Shown here one piece after another: positions 35,701 to 49,560 of a stretch of DNA of 64,000 nucleotides (within the stretch, counting starts at the first letter, position 1; each line of letters begins with the position of its first letter). Below the pieces are notes generated by a model. That model was given only the letters and a program-made list of their open reading frames with translations. It had not been told where the DNA came from and searched no databases. The position numbers were made by a program, and so were the translations under genes. Location of the stretch: contig NW_026262745.1 in NCBI RefSeq assembly GCF_021869535.1, positions 41,540,001 through 41,604,000 on the forward strand, read 5' to 3'. The DNA is from Mytilus californianus. Its lineage: Eukaryota.

Positions 35701-38700
35701 CAACCTGATCTATTGTTTGAATTATCAAAAAAGGTTTGGGTTCATGTGTATTGTAAATATAAAAATAATATTTGATATATTTTTAAATAAACTACAGTAT
35801 AAGACTTTTTTAATTTTTCACATTACCAATAATGTATAGCCCAAAACAGGACATACAATCATGAAGACTAATTAAAGAATTTGCAATACTTTGTATGTGT
35901 ATGTAAAATAAAAATATACATGTACATGTAAATATACTTCACGTTAACATGTAAACTTAGTTTCTTTTGTTACCTATTCTGTTTTTTTAATTTTAGTTTA
36001 ATTTATGATTTATATATATGTTTAAGAATTTAGAGTGAATTTCATTTTCACTGATCTAGTACACATTTTTGTTTAAGGGTCAGCTGAAGCCCGCCTCCGG
36101 ATGCGGGATTTTTTCGCTGTGTTGAAGACCAATTAGTGGCCTTCGTCTGTCATGTCCCACATTTCCATTCTCAATTTTCTTTTAAAGAATAAAGTTTTTG
36201 TTTCAGATGTTATTTTTTAAACTGTGTCAAAAAAGGCTATTTGGAAAAACATATTCTTAACCGTCATCAAAGTAAAAACAAACCATAACGAAGTACGATC
36301 ATGAAGGCCATATGGTTGCCTATAATTGCTTACATCCACTTCATTTGAATTCTCGGGTGGTTAGTCAGAATCAGAATCAGAATAAATTACCAATATAAAA
36401 CACAATGAATACATAATTACATAATATGCAATTAAAAATTAAATATTACAATTGAAATATTGGTACCCAGCCAATGCATCAAAACTATCATTACACACAA
36501 TATCTTCTTCGATAAAACATGTTATTTAACGGTTTTTGCTTAAAATGGTTGAATTGCATCATTTGACTTTTGTCTTGTAAATCAAGATCGTTAAAAGTCT
36601 CTCAAATATCACCAGATTTTTTCATTAAATCATATAACAGTCCCTTGGATAAATTTGCACTTCTTATGAGTGCAAATTGGAACCACGTTTTTTTTAACGA
36701 TAGAATCATAAAACGTGGCAATAATGTACCTCTGGGGATAGGTAAAACAAAACAATTTTTTTGGTATTGCTCGCCTGGTTCGTCAATACGAGTGAAAACA
36801 GTGACAAAATCCTGCAGGATATTATTTTCTCCCATAGGATTTTTAAAAATCCTATAAGAAATCATATCGGATAAAGTCATAATCCCGTGGGATATCCATT
36901 TTATTTTTCTCCTACAGAATTTTTTTTATCACCCTTAGGAAAAATTTTGTCTTGTAGAATCTTTTTGTTCTCCCTTAGGATAAATTTTGTCCTATAGAAT
37001 TTTTTTCTTTCTTAGGATAAACTGTGGATACGTTTTGTCCTCCAAGACAGTTTTGTCAGTTTTGTTGGTATTTTACAAAATATATTTATGGCTTCGCTTG
37101 TCCCCGTGATTCAATAATTGATTGAAAATATTATCTCAAAATAATGCATCATGCAGTTCAAACGTTTACAATACTGTTATGCTTGTCAATGCAAATAGTT
37201 TGTGTGGTCCAGAATATGGAGCATCAACATCAATAGGAAAGATATTAAGACAATAAACACTGTTTTAGCTTGTATTGTTGAGTAGCAGTCTTATATATAT
37301 CAAAACGATTCAGAAATGTTTTACTTTTATCATATCATCATTTTTCATTCTTATTGGTAAATCGGACTAAACAAAATAATTGACATTTCAATATCATATA
37401 AAGTTGTCGGTAATGCAATATATCCCATGGCTATTTTCGGTAATTTCCGTAAAAAAGGGTTTCATGGATGCAGTTCTCGCATACAATAAGCCAAAAATAT
37501 CAAGCAGGAAATTTAATTTATTGATACTTGCTGAACGTCCAGTGGCAAATATTTCATGCATGTTCAGGACGGTCTTGAAATCTTATAAAGCATAGACCAT
37601 ACGAAAACAGTAAGTAAATCTCCTCCAACAATTAAATATTTAAACAGCTTGTTACAAAACTTCTAATCAAACAGACCTATATGCATAGGGTCCTTCAGAA
37701 TATTCAGATAAATGTTCATTTTGGTTTTAATTATGTTCTTTGCCTACACTACGTGACATACAAATGCAAAATAATTAGTGTTCTCTGCCCTGTCCGATTG
37801 ATTTATAAATATGGTTTTGTTTGTTTGTTTGTTTTTAATTCAAAACTGTGCCTGTAAACTTCAATGAATAAAATCGTATTGAAAAGGCCTAAATGTAATA
37901 TATTTAGAATCAAGTAATGAAGGTTTGAGTGGCTCGCTTGCTGAAACTTGTATAGATGAGATATTTTGGCAAGATTGACCATCATTCTTAAATTAAAATA
38001 CAATGTAATACAGTATTACATGAAAATAAACACTTTTATTTTAGTCATTCTTCATTCCCTTTACACGTCTTAATTAAGCCTAAAATCTATTCTTACATGT
38101 CTGAGTTCTATAATTGACTGACATAATCATATATGATAGACCGTTATAAAACATTAGATAAGAACCATAGAAAAAAAAATCTAAATTTTTTTAGATATTA
38201 GTGTTCAGTCATGTAGTGGTTAGCAAAGAAATAACTGAAAAAAGGCCGTTTAAGTTTCCATAATTATCGAATGATATACATAGAAATATTACATTAAACA
38301 TTGTACAAGATCTTGTCTTCGTGTATACTGTTTACATGGAATTATTTATGAAGTTGTTTGTTTGTTGTTTGCCTTACGTCCCGTGGCAAATATTTCATGT
38401 ATGTTAATGACGAGAACACATTGATTATAAATACAATAGGTAGGTCCTGCAATAGCAGAAATAGAAGGTCGACTGTGAGTTTGGACGTGAAACTTATAAT
38501 GCCACTGGAAAATGCGGGTATATTGGATAAGGACAGAAATTTAGCCTTGTAACAGCTATACGGATCCCTCAAAGAACTTAAAGACAGAGAGCGTTGGTGC
38601 ATGAAATCTACACTGAAGTCGGACATCGATACTTAAGTGAAGTTTCAGATGATATCAATAGGTTAGATACTTTTTGCTGGCTTTAGTAACAGTGAGGACT

Positions 38701-38747
38701 CTATGAAATTGTATTGTTTATTGCACTTTAGTTTTTTGGTTTGATAT

Positions 38748-39075
38748 ACCGCTTCGGAGATCTCGTGGTAGTGTGTTTTCCTCTAGTGCGGGAGGTCGTT
38801 GGTTCAAACCCCGGCCGGGTCAAACCTAAGACGTCAAAATTTGTATTTGCTGTTCCTCCGCTAAGCAAGCGGCATTAAGGAGTAAAAACAAAGACTGGTA
38901 GGCCCGGGTGGATGACATGTCTTACTGCGGACTGTTACCGTGTGAACTAGCACGTAAAAAATCTGTCTCAGCGTGTCGGTCTAGAACAAAGCAGGGTTAA
39001 TATTCATATGTTCTCGACCGGAACATACATGCATTTAATTTGCTGCTGAACGTTAAGCAACCACCCACCATCATC
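38748..39075 (+). mobile_element. tRNA-derived SINE with conserved core
   Basis: Box A/B-like head (gtggtagtg...ggttcaaacccc), core tgctgttcctccgctaagcaagcggcattaaggag, short-repeat tail. Confidence 0.75.
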
Positions 39076-41237
39076 AACTACTGTTCCGTTACTATATAGT
39101 GAAGTATTTTTCTTGTACTGATTTTTATTATATGTACCTTCTTTGATTTCCACTGATCGAGATTAAAAAAAGGGATGGTGAAACTTTTCAACGACACAAA
39201 ATATGTTTGTGCCTTTTTTTGTTTGTTGGGATATCTTCAACGATAGATAATATTAAATCAGATCCTTATTTTATTTAGAAATGGGGCGGTTTTGAGCTGG
39301 ATATTCTGTATAGGCATCTGTCTATTATAAAAGACTACATGTTGAATGTAAATGTATTGATTGTCTGTGTCGTTGGGTTGTTGTCTCATCAATATTTACC
39401 CTTATCTCCTTTTATTAAAACCCAAAGGGTTGACTTGAGTATAGAAATATTGTCATCTCTTGACTTTTCTCGACCGACAGTAAACCCTTGCTGAAAAGTG
39501 ACTTCCGTTTGGCTGTACGGATGAATGAAAACGCAACCACGTCCGGTCGAAATGGAGATGTCGTAAATCCGATGTATCGTGTAGCGACAGTTGCTCGCTC
39601 TCTACACATTAAAAAATCATTTGAATCACTCTCTGAGGGGAAATAAGATCTACACACAAGTCAAATATTGAAATCTTTAAACATCAACAAAGGTTTTCTA
39701 GATCTTCAAATAAATCACATGGCTGAAATTGTCCGTTGCCTTCAATGACGATATTTAACACATTTTTTGCGCCTTTTACTTAAACAATTGTAGATGGAAA
39801 AAAAAATTTTTAAATAGGATGAACAGTCAGTCAGATAATATATACATATAAATAAAACGGCCAAAATAAGTACTTGATTCCTTATAGAAATTATTGCCCT
39901 AAAAAATACTTTTAATTCATATTTGCATTTATGAAAACTATACCAGATAGAGAAAAACTTGAAACAGCATGCAAAATTGTCACCTATACAAGATCTAGAA
40001 GGCAAATAAGTCAACTCGACTACCATCGTAATTCGCATCAATGTATGAGTTATTGCACGTTAATGAAGATTTCCGGTTCTACTCCTCTCCCCTAGTTTGG
40101 CTGGATAGGACTAAGTTATCTAATAAAATAAATGGAAAGAGACAAGTGAAACAAATCTAAAATATCATTATTAAAATCATAAAACATAGAAGTCCTTTCA
40201 CGATTTAATTATGATTCCATTCTTGGGCTTCAAACACCATATTATAAATCTAACTTATTTTCTGTCGCCCTATTATCCTCCAAATTTTTATTGTAACATT
40301 TGTACAATTGTAAATATGAAACAAAGTCATCGTTTTATTGAGTTGTATGTAATATTCAGCTAAATGTTAAGTTAGCATCAGAAAATGTTTATTTCAGATG
40401 AAACCGAATCGATCGTTTTGATTTTAATTTACAAAAACTGTTCATCGTAGTTTCATATGTAGGATCCCCTTTAATAGAAGTGTTTAAACCTAGTATCCAT
40501 GTTAATGCAAATTCAAATATTTCAAAGCTACTGAAACTCTATTAAAAATCAAATATTAAAGAAAGAAATCTAGTTGAGACAATTATCCACTGAAGACTAA
40601 TGTTTATACGTGTACTCAATGAAGCTGATTAAATGATTGCTCCCTTATCGTTCTGTGGCAAATATGTCATGCGTATTCATGACGACAAAAGTTACTAGAA
40701 TAAAGTTGAACCATAATTAAAACTGTACGGTAAGTTATTACCCCCTTTTTCAACGGTAGATGAATGCAAAAAAAAAAAAATAAACCAAAATGAATTAACA
40801 AGCAATAACGGCCACTTTAAGTAAATGCTTTTTGTGCTTTTTTCGTAAATAAATTTCTATTGCAGCCAAAATTTTCCGGTTTCGGACAGTATAAAAATAA
40901 GAAGATGTGGTATGATTGCCAATGAGACAACTTTCCACCAAAGTTTAAATGAAGAGGATGTAAGCAAGATTTGGATTTCCACTCTAGTGCCGTCTGATTA
41001 TTTATATAACCAGAGATAATCAAACAAAGGCACTTCAAATGTTTGAAATTGTAAATTATGATATTTTACTTGCCGTTTTTTCCCGATCCTTTTTTGGACC
41101 GCCTGCTTAACACATTGTTATCAATATAATGGAATTTTATGTGACGGTCATACAAGTGAAAGGTATAGCTAGCTATAAAACCAGTTTTATTCCACTATTT
41201 TCTACATAAGGAAATGCCTGTACCAAGTCAGGAATAT

Positions 41238-43003
41238 TGTTATGAAAGGATTTAGGACGCTATTAGAAATAATTAGAAATTGAAATAAAATAGATCTTAG
41301 TAAAACAAAAAAAATATATTTCTAGTTTATTAAGATAGTTAAAAATAAAAAGAGAATATAAATGCCAAATAGTTCGTTGATACAGCAAAATACAATAAAT
41401 TGAAATAGCACATGGTTCGAAAGAATAACAAGCATTCTCTTGGGTACAGGCTAATCATAAAATAGTAATATAAGGTTAAGAACCTTATTAAACAAATTAT
41501 TATTTAGCACGCGTACAGAAGGTTATTAGGTTGCCGGACAGATGTATGGCGGATTGCTATTACATCCAAGGTTATAACCATATTCACAGAATTGTAGATA
41601 AGCTTCAGCATCATGAATATTCAGTAATACATTAAGGCACACAAATATATTATTAATAACCAATCAAAAAGCTGAGATACGAAGATTGAGGTATACAAGA
41701 TAATAATTAAAATTTAACAAATCTTAATTATCTTTTATTATAAATATCAGAAATTGAAATTCTTCCAAAATATTATTCTATCTAATTTTAGAAATAATAA
41801 TCCTGATGCTTTTCAATAACAAATAAATGTATTTTGCATATTATGTAGCAATACATGTTTTGGCAATAAATTCCATCGTTTGCAAAAGAAGCTCAATTTC
41901 GGCTAGGGAACAAGAATGTCGGATATTCAATATTGACTATAAAAGCAAATATAAGTCTACTGCCCGTTATCCTTGTTCCTACCAGCAAACTGAGTTGTCT
42001 TATTTATTTTTCATTAAAATGGTAAGTTATGTACAGTTATTTAAAGTTTAGGTACATTCATTTGAGTTATTTAAAGAAGGAAATTAATTGCAAATTAATA
42101 AGGAAGAAAACATTTGTAATATATATATATCTAACATTGTTGGGCTGTTATTTAGACGAATTATATATACAGAATGTGTTTTCAGCCTTGTATCACCATC
42201 ACTGGTGATCCGATGGATAAAATCTGTTGTAGAGTCGTCACTGGTTCAGACATACTTATTGCGTGAACACCTACTGGAAGTGTTTAACGACCTTGACTGG
42301 CTTTTCAGCCCTCGCACGGTCGGCTCGGTGCCCGAAGGCGTTTTGGTGAGCGTTTAAATATTTTCTGCAGTCGGTAAGGAACAGGTGGAATGCGCCATTT
42401 TGGTAGGCGGCCATCTTGGTTTTGGTGAGATGTTTTGGTTTGGTTTTTATTTTCTTGCAGTCTATACTCCACAACATCTGCTTTCAAGGCCAGATTGGTC
42501 AGCTTGGCAGCCCGCTAACCACGATGACGGAGTACTGGTCGATGAGTCTCGGACGTAGTTATAACGATGACAGGAAGCATTATCAGGACCAAAGTCGTGA
42601 GACAGTGAAATTGGATGTCCTTTATTCAACACCTAAGATACAGCCCTCGGACGTCAGTCGGCATAACACTCCCCCAACCATAATGGGTTTTGGAGTGTAT
42701 GCTGACGCGGGTATTTACGTGGAAAACAAACGTTTACTGTTCAGCTTTGAATTGGTTTCTGTCATCGAAAGAAGTAAGTCGTTGATCCATCTATCAGTAA
42801 ACCCTCATCGTAGATAGCGGGTAAAGGAGAGCTGACCCAGCACGTCCGCTCAGCTGTAATGACTGAGACGTGACTGGAATAATGTGATGACGTGAACCCC
42901 TGAGGGTTCACGCAGTATATATTGGACGACCTCTGCAGTCTTTCGGAACACCGAAAGTCTTTTCGGAATACATCTGTTCTTTTATATGGCCAACTTCGTA
43001 ATA
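41238..43003 (-). mobile_element. LTR-like segment (putative solo LTR) with a nested SINE tail at about 42118-42260
   Basis: Near-inverted ends TGTTATGAA / TTCGTAATA; minus-strand CCAAT/TATA region near 42915 and AATAAA before the TAACA end; no TSD seen. Confidence 0.45.
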
Positions 43004-44360
43004 GGTGATTAATTGATCTAATGAATATTCATTTGCGTTTTGTAGTTACTAAGGAGATAAGTGTTTATCGACATTGAATGATCTCCTACATCAGTAGTTA
43101 ATTTATTTAATATTAGAGATGCATGAGTAAAAGTTTTCTGAAACACAGCTGTGTTCACATTGGAGATGAAATTTTAAGCGAAAAAAGTTACCGTCAATGG
43201 AGATTGCGTTTTTTTTAGAATTTTAAAATCTATCCATTTTCGCAAAATTAAAATAGAGCGCAATCCATTTAAGCAGCTATCAAAATTAGATGTCCAGGAT
43301 AGATGCGTATAGTAGAAAAATGATATCCACAATTTATTACACTTCTCAGGTAAATTAAAATTACATAGGTGGGGTTACTTTTTATTTTCGTGTCAAGAGG
43401 AATATATTAGGAAAAAATATAAATCCTTTACCGTCATCAAAGTATAAACAAAAACAGAATAAAATACGGCCATGAAGGCCATACGGTTGTCTATAATTGC
43501 CTATATTCTCTTCATTTGAAGTCTAGTGGATCGGTGTATCATTGACAATCATACCACATCTCCTTATTTGTTTTATTAATCTCATAAAAAAAATGCCAGT
43601 TAATCCTGGAAATTTAGACGAAATATAAAAGGCACCTTTTGGGTGTGTTTAATCAGGGACATGTTTCTGGTTAAAATGCAAATATTTCGTCATATCGAAA
43701 CAGCTTACTAATGAATATGCGTTTGAGTCCTTAAAATTATATTTAGATATAAAACGATTTTCGTTTACTGAGTGATTTACTTTGGCGTGAGGCGATGACT
43801 TTCTATTTATTCAAAACTTTTGGTCATTGCAATTAAAAAAAATGAGGTTTGATATATTTCTCGATGTTTGGCATCACAATTATCGTAAATCACTACTGAT
43901 ATGTGGTTTTCGAGAATAGATTATCAATTGTTTAAGAACTAGTAATACCAGGAAGATTACAATTATTTAGTTATGATTATTTTATCAAACTAGAGATCCG
44001 TTTGTCTTTTTTGTTGGGAAAATGTGTGAGTTTTGCAAGGGACACCTGTGTCAACTACCCTCTACAATAACTATATATAAAAATGGCAAAGTCAATTCTT
44101 TTGTATTGTTACATGTATGTATAACACCTCCTCGTAATAAATAAGATTAAAAGTAAATGAGCAATTTCACATCTTTATGTACCATCTACCATTGCAAGTT
44201 TCTGGGAATTCCATCAATTCATTTTCGCGACAATCTGTATGCATAGGCCAAGCAACGGTTAGAGGGTCTAGTTGACAGATGAAAGGAGCGTTTTTCAGTT
44301 GTGACAAAATATGACGATATGTTAACAAGATAGGCGATTTGAAAAATCGTTTGTAATTCA

Positions 44361-44361
<1 letters not shown>

Positions 44362-44393
<32 letters not shown>
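44362..44393. repeat. (CA)n microsatellite
   Basis: About 16 CA units. Confidence 0.95.
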
Positions 44394-44395
<2 letters not shown>

Positions 44396-45668
44396 GGAAT
44401 AGTACATATTATTTTTCTTTAAATCAACATCCATATATATTCAACGGGCAGGCGATTGCAAAAACAGCATTTTTTAATTGCGTTCTGGACATGAACTATA
44501 CTGCATTGACCCTGTTATTCCTGCTTCTTTCTGTCTGTCACACAAAGAGGTGGAAGATGAATTCCGTTTTATCATAATATGTACAGAACTTAATTAACCT
44601 AGGATAATTTTAAATGTTTATTGGAATTTCTAAAATTGTCCCCTGTTTTAATTCAATGAGCAATGAAAACAAATTGATTTCATATTTTCTTGTGAAGAAT
44701 ATGATATATTAATAATCATTGTTAACAGTATAAGTGAAATATATAATGAGAGAAACAACTATAATGTCAATATATGAACTGTGAATGATTCATGACTTGT
44801 ATTATAATGTAATATATAATCAAGATATTTGAAATGATAATTTTAGAGAGGAGGCATTTTGTCAAAAATAGTATTGTAATAAATATTAATTTATTTTTTT
44901 TCAATGTTACATGTTTGTATTGCCTTCTGTCTATCGTTTTGTTATTTATATGTTGTTATTTTTTTTTATTTAGTAACAATCGTATTGTTTGGATTTTAGA
45001 CTAACAAAATTTTTATTTTTTTTCTTATTCTTATTCACAACCGTATAAAAGCAACAAAACCACAACTTCATTTCATTTTTGTTTATTAACAAAAAGACGG
45101 GCTAGAAATGAAACTCTTTCACTCCAAAAAAAGTTAGTTCGGAATAATCAAATGAGAATACAGCTAAGAATTTTGAACTAATTTCAAACTAGCTACACAT
45201 ACAAAAACATATGATTTATTTCATTAAATTTATTCACATTTGCATTTCGACTTTAGCCAGAAAACTAACTTTAATTTAAAAAATCAGCAACTCAGAATGA
45301 ACATCCAGAGTAAGAATGTTGTCATGTTATCTTTCGGGCCAAAGACAGGGAGCGGAGATAGACAAATGATTATTTTAACAAGAGTAGTTTGCCCCACATT
45401 GAACAGCAGTTACATTGACAATCAATGTCAGTTTCTATATCTTATAGAGTGTTTCCCTCGGTTTTAATTTGTTACCCGTATTTGTTTTTGCTTAATCGAA
45501 TAATAGCTATTTGAACGATGTACTACTGTTGTCTTTATTTATACTGATCAGCTGATCTGTAACAATTACATCTTCATGCCTTATATATCATGAACTGTGT
45601 TACGACGCTAGATTAAAACTGACGGAGGAAAGGTAACACACGGCCACCGAAAGCTTTATTACTGTTGA

Positions 45669-45840
45669 GCCTAAGTGGTCGAGTGGTCTAGCGCGTCGGG
45701 CACAGTGCAAGGCGATTTAGTGCCACGATATCTCAGTAGCATGAGTTCGAATCCCGGCCAGGGAAGAACAAAAAATTTGCTTCCGCAAATTTACAGATCT
45801 AACATTGTTGGGCTGTTTTTTAGACGAATTATATATATAC
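45669..45840 (+). mobile_element. tRNA-derived SINE
   Basis: Box A gtggtcgagtgg and box B gagttcgaatccc, followed by a non-tRNA body. Confidence 0.75.
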
Positions 45841-47849
45841 AAGTCAAATTGAAAACAACGTTCAAACCTATGATTGCGTTGGATAAAAACCGCAATTTTT
45901 ATACGTGTGCATGCAAAACAAAATAAACAGATCAGCTGAAATATATATATATATAGATATAACATTTTAGTAAATGCGTTTCATGAGGTTATTCACTCCA
46001 TGTATAACAAATAGTATGATCGTATTTCAAAAGTTAATTTAAGCAATATTTGTCAACTGATAATGATATTTATTGTTAATCTGTATGATTTATGCACTGT
46101 GAGATTTTATGATCAAAAAGAAAAAGAAAAGAATAATTAAAATATCCTTGTTCCTACCAGCAAATTGAGTTGTCTTATTTGTTTCATTAAAAAGGTCGGA
46201 AGGCGCGAGTCCCACTCTCGCTGCCAAGCCAGTCCATAACAACGACATGTAGTCCCCAGATATCCAGACATCTTTCTATCTACAAGAACCTTAGGAGAAC
46301 TTGGCAAAAGAGTGAAGGAAAATTACCATCATGTTTATCAATATAGAAATCCTAAAGCACAATCATAGTCCAACCTTAACAAATGGTCCCCCTGACAAGT
46401 ATACATCAACTACGACGTAAATCCTATTACAACAACTGGTAGAGGACTCGAACCTTCTTTATAACAACAAATGAAGAGGCAATGCAAACGATCTTGCAGA
46501 AATTTTCAACCCCACAGGTGGAGAGTAAATTATATCCACCACGAGGAGTATACCGACTGCTGCTACAAGTTTAAACTATCACAAAAATATTTCAGTAAAC
46601 GGATAGTACACAAATAGAAGACAATCAGTACGATAAACCAATTCATAAGAATTTACCTATGTGATGTTAGGAACAATATCATACCAGCCAATCGCCTCTA
46701 GAAAGATAGCATCTACAGAACCTCAATTCAGTGAGCCCGAATCTCAAAACAAAACTATGTTTACCATGAAGATTCGTCCAATTCTTACAGAGACAGATAC
46801 AATCAGTTACAAATACACAACTGTGTGACAACCCGAAGGATAAAAACCAGAAGAGACTTTTAAACCACACACGAACAATATAAAATATTTCTAGCAATAT
46901 TTGCAATATTATCTATGGACAGTAATTTTATTGCAAACTAGTATACTTTTGTATTCACATGTACGATAAGACTGTTGCTTTTACTATATTGTTTCTCTAC
47001 TAAAACACTAGTTTAAAAACAAATTAAAATAAATAAATAAATTATTTGTATTAAAAAAAAAATTAAATATTTCTGAACGAAATTAGAAAATAAATGAGAC
47101 ATGTCATGCAATTCAAATACAATGTATTATATAACTTTACTGTTATATACATGTATCCTTTGTGGTGATTAATTTTTCATTTCAAATTGCAATAGTATAA
47201 GATGAAAGTTTAACTTAATCTTTAATTTTTTTTCTTTTTAAAATCATCACGGTGACACCAATAACCGAATTCAACATTCAAGCAAAAAACTATATGTATC
47301 CAAAAGTTTTTGACCATTTTTGTCAATAAATTTGCATTACTGCATAACACACATACGTATAAATTGTCGTGTAATATTAACTAAATTCGAGTAACTGACC
47401 ACCTAATTGCTCTCGTGATTTTTATCTGATATAAAAATTAAACTGAATAGTTTGACAAAATGGATGAAACAATCGGAAGTTTGACAAGTGAATATATATT
47501 CTTAGTATGATAAAAAAAAAACATAAAATTATATCTTAAAAATTGATTGCTTAATCTTTACCAAAATAAAAATCTGAAGGAAAAGATATTTTTAGTATTC
47601 GCAATTTATGAAGTCAAACCTAAAACTAAACATGAACAAGAACAATTACTTAAAGAGATATGTTTCAAATAAAAGGTATTTTAAACTCGATCCTTAAGGT
47701 ACCTTTAACGAGGTCCTTTTAAACATCAAAATGAGTGCAATTGATCGTAATATTAAGATTTCAAATATATGGTTATACATGATGAGGGAACATGTTTCTT
47801 ATCGCTACGAGTTCACTTTGTGAAGTATTGTAGCTGGAAGATATACTGG

Positions 47850-48190
47850 CTCTTATCGCCCGCAACGAACTCATCATGCGAAAGAGTAAATTCACATTAG
47901 CCCAGTCCTTAAAAGCGTTATGATACAATGTATACATTGGAATAGGACACGTGGGATGAAGTTTTGCCTAGTGTAATTATGGCATTTCGACTGACACCAG
48001 TCACCCAATCTATAGGATATTCGGCGCCTTAGTATGTCCTATTTGGGAAATGAATGACCTTACCTATTGACACTCTATTGATTCCCACACAGAAATTGGA
48101 TAAAGCACCGAACATTCATTTATGAACTGATTCAAATGGTCAGTTTATCCATGATACGGCTAATGAGAATATGAAAGAGGCATAATTATT
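47850..48190 (+). pseudogene. Ty3/gypsy integrase C-terminal remnant
   Basis: YRPQ...WDEVLPSVIMAFRLTPVTQSIGYS..YVLFGK.M.LPIDTLL, with stops and frameshifts. Confidence 0.75.
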
Positions 48191-49425
48191 AACAGTTATC
48201 CTCTTGGTTACCGACAGTCTGACAAACTGGTCGGAATGCAATATCCTGATTGTTATTCGTTCAGTATTATTTTAGGGTCTTCTTCTATGAGTATTGCAAT
48301 TAACGTTGATTAAGGGCAATTGAATTTTACAAATTTTTCATAGAAATGGGTTGCTAGTCGGCTTGTAGGATTTTAAAAACTCCTATGGAAGAAAATAGTA
48401 TCCTACAGAATTTTGTCACTGTTTTCACTCGTATTGCCGAACCAGGCGAGCTATACCAAAAAAAAGTATGGTTTTACCTATTCCAAAAGGTACATTATTG
48501 CCAAGTTTGATGAATCTACCGTTAAAAAAATGTTGTTCCAATTTGCACACATGAGAATTGCAAATTAATCCAAGAAACTGTTTTATCTTAAATTTGCATA
48601 AAGATCGCACCCTAACAAAAAATGTTTTTCATCCTCAACACAGTTCTCTGTACTTTATATACAAGTACGCTCCTTTAAAGGAATTTTTGGCCTAGTGTAT
48701 CTACCCGTTACAACTGCCAGTTGTAAACAGCCACTTCTAAAATTTGACGAAAACACGTCTATGCTGCCTATTACCTGTATGCCTGTACCAAGTCAGGAAT
48801 ATGACAGTTGTTGTCCATTCGTTTAATGCGTATGTGCTTTTTATTTTGTCATTTGATTAGGGACTTTACGTTTTGAATTTTCCTCGGAGTTCAGTATTTT
48901 TTGTGATTTAACTTTCTAGTTTACATAAGAACTAAATTCTAAAACATTTTTATACTCCCTATAAATACGTAATTTATTACCGATAATTGTCTCATTGGCA
49001 ATCATACCACATCTTCGATCCTTATTTTTTTTATTAATCTTATAAAAGCAATGCATGTTTACCCTGGAAATTCAGACGAAATTTAAAAGGCACCTTTTGG
49101 GTGTGTTAAATAAGAGACATATAATACGAGGGGGTGCGTGAGGGACACCTTTGTTGACTACCCTCTCCAAAAGATATAGTTATAAATGGCAAAGTCGATT
49201 CTTTTGTTTTTGGTATGTGAAACCTCTACACTAAATAAATCAGATTAAAAGTTTAAGTAGCAGGTGTAGCAGGTACACATCTTCCAATCTATAGAAAAAT
49301 CATTCTAATGCAACATCGTTTGTAACGTTCATTTTGATTGAATAACGTCACCAATTTTCATGGCATCAATTCAAAATTTGACGTTGTTTTCCGTCAGTTT
49401 CTTTAGAATGGAGATAACAATATTT

Positions 49426-49560
49426 TATTCTAAGCTCTGACGGCATCAATTGGTGATTTGATGGTCGCAAATACCCGTTAACTGTCTCCGCTAACGCATC
49501 GCCAGTAAACTTAATTTGCGACCATCAAATCACCAATTGATGCCGTCGGAGCTTAGAATA
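49426..49560. repeat. 47-bp inverted repeat with 41-bp spacer, part of a non-autonomous element (Crypton-like, tentative)
   Basis: Arms 49426-49472 and 49514-49560 with one mismatch; absent from the paralogous duplicated block. Confidence 0.8.

Noticed and set aside
38748-38830. Functional tRNA genes here and at 45669-45750
   Set aside because: No complete cloverleaf; the A/B boxes run directly into SINE bodies
39415-40041. Hydrophobic minus-strand ORFs as a TLR or other membrane-protein fragment
   Set aside because: No recognisable TIR/LRR motif or splice structure; compatible with chance ORFs in AT-rich DNA
36570-48600. One 12-kb element bounded by long inverted repeats
   Set aside because: Homology is limited to an internal ~230 bp with dissimilar outer ends and no TSD
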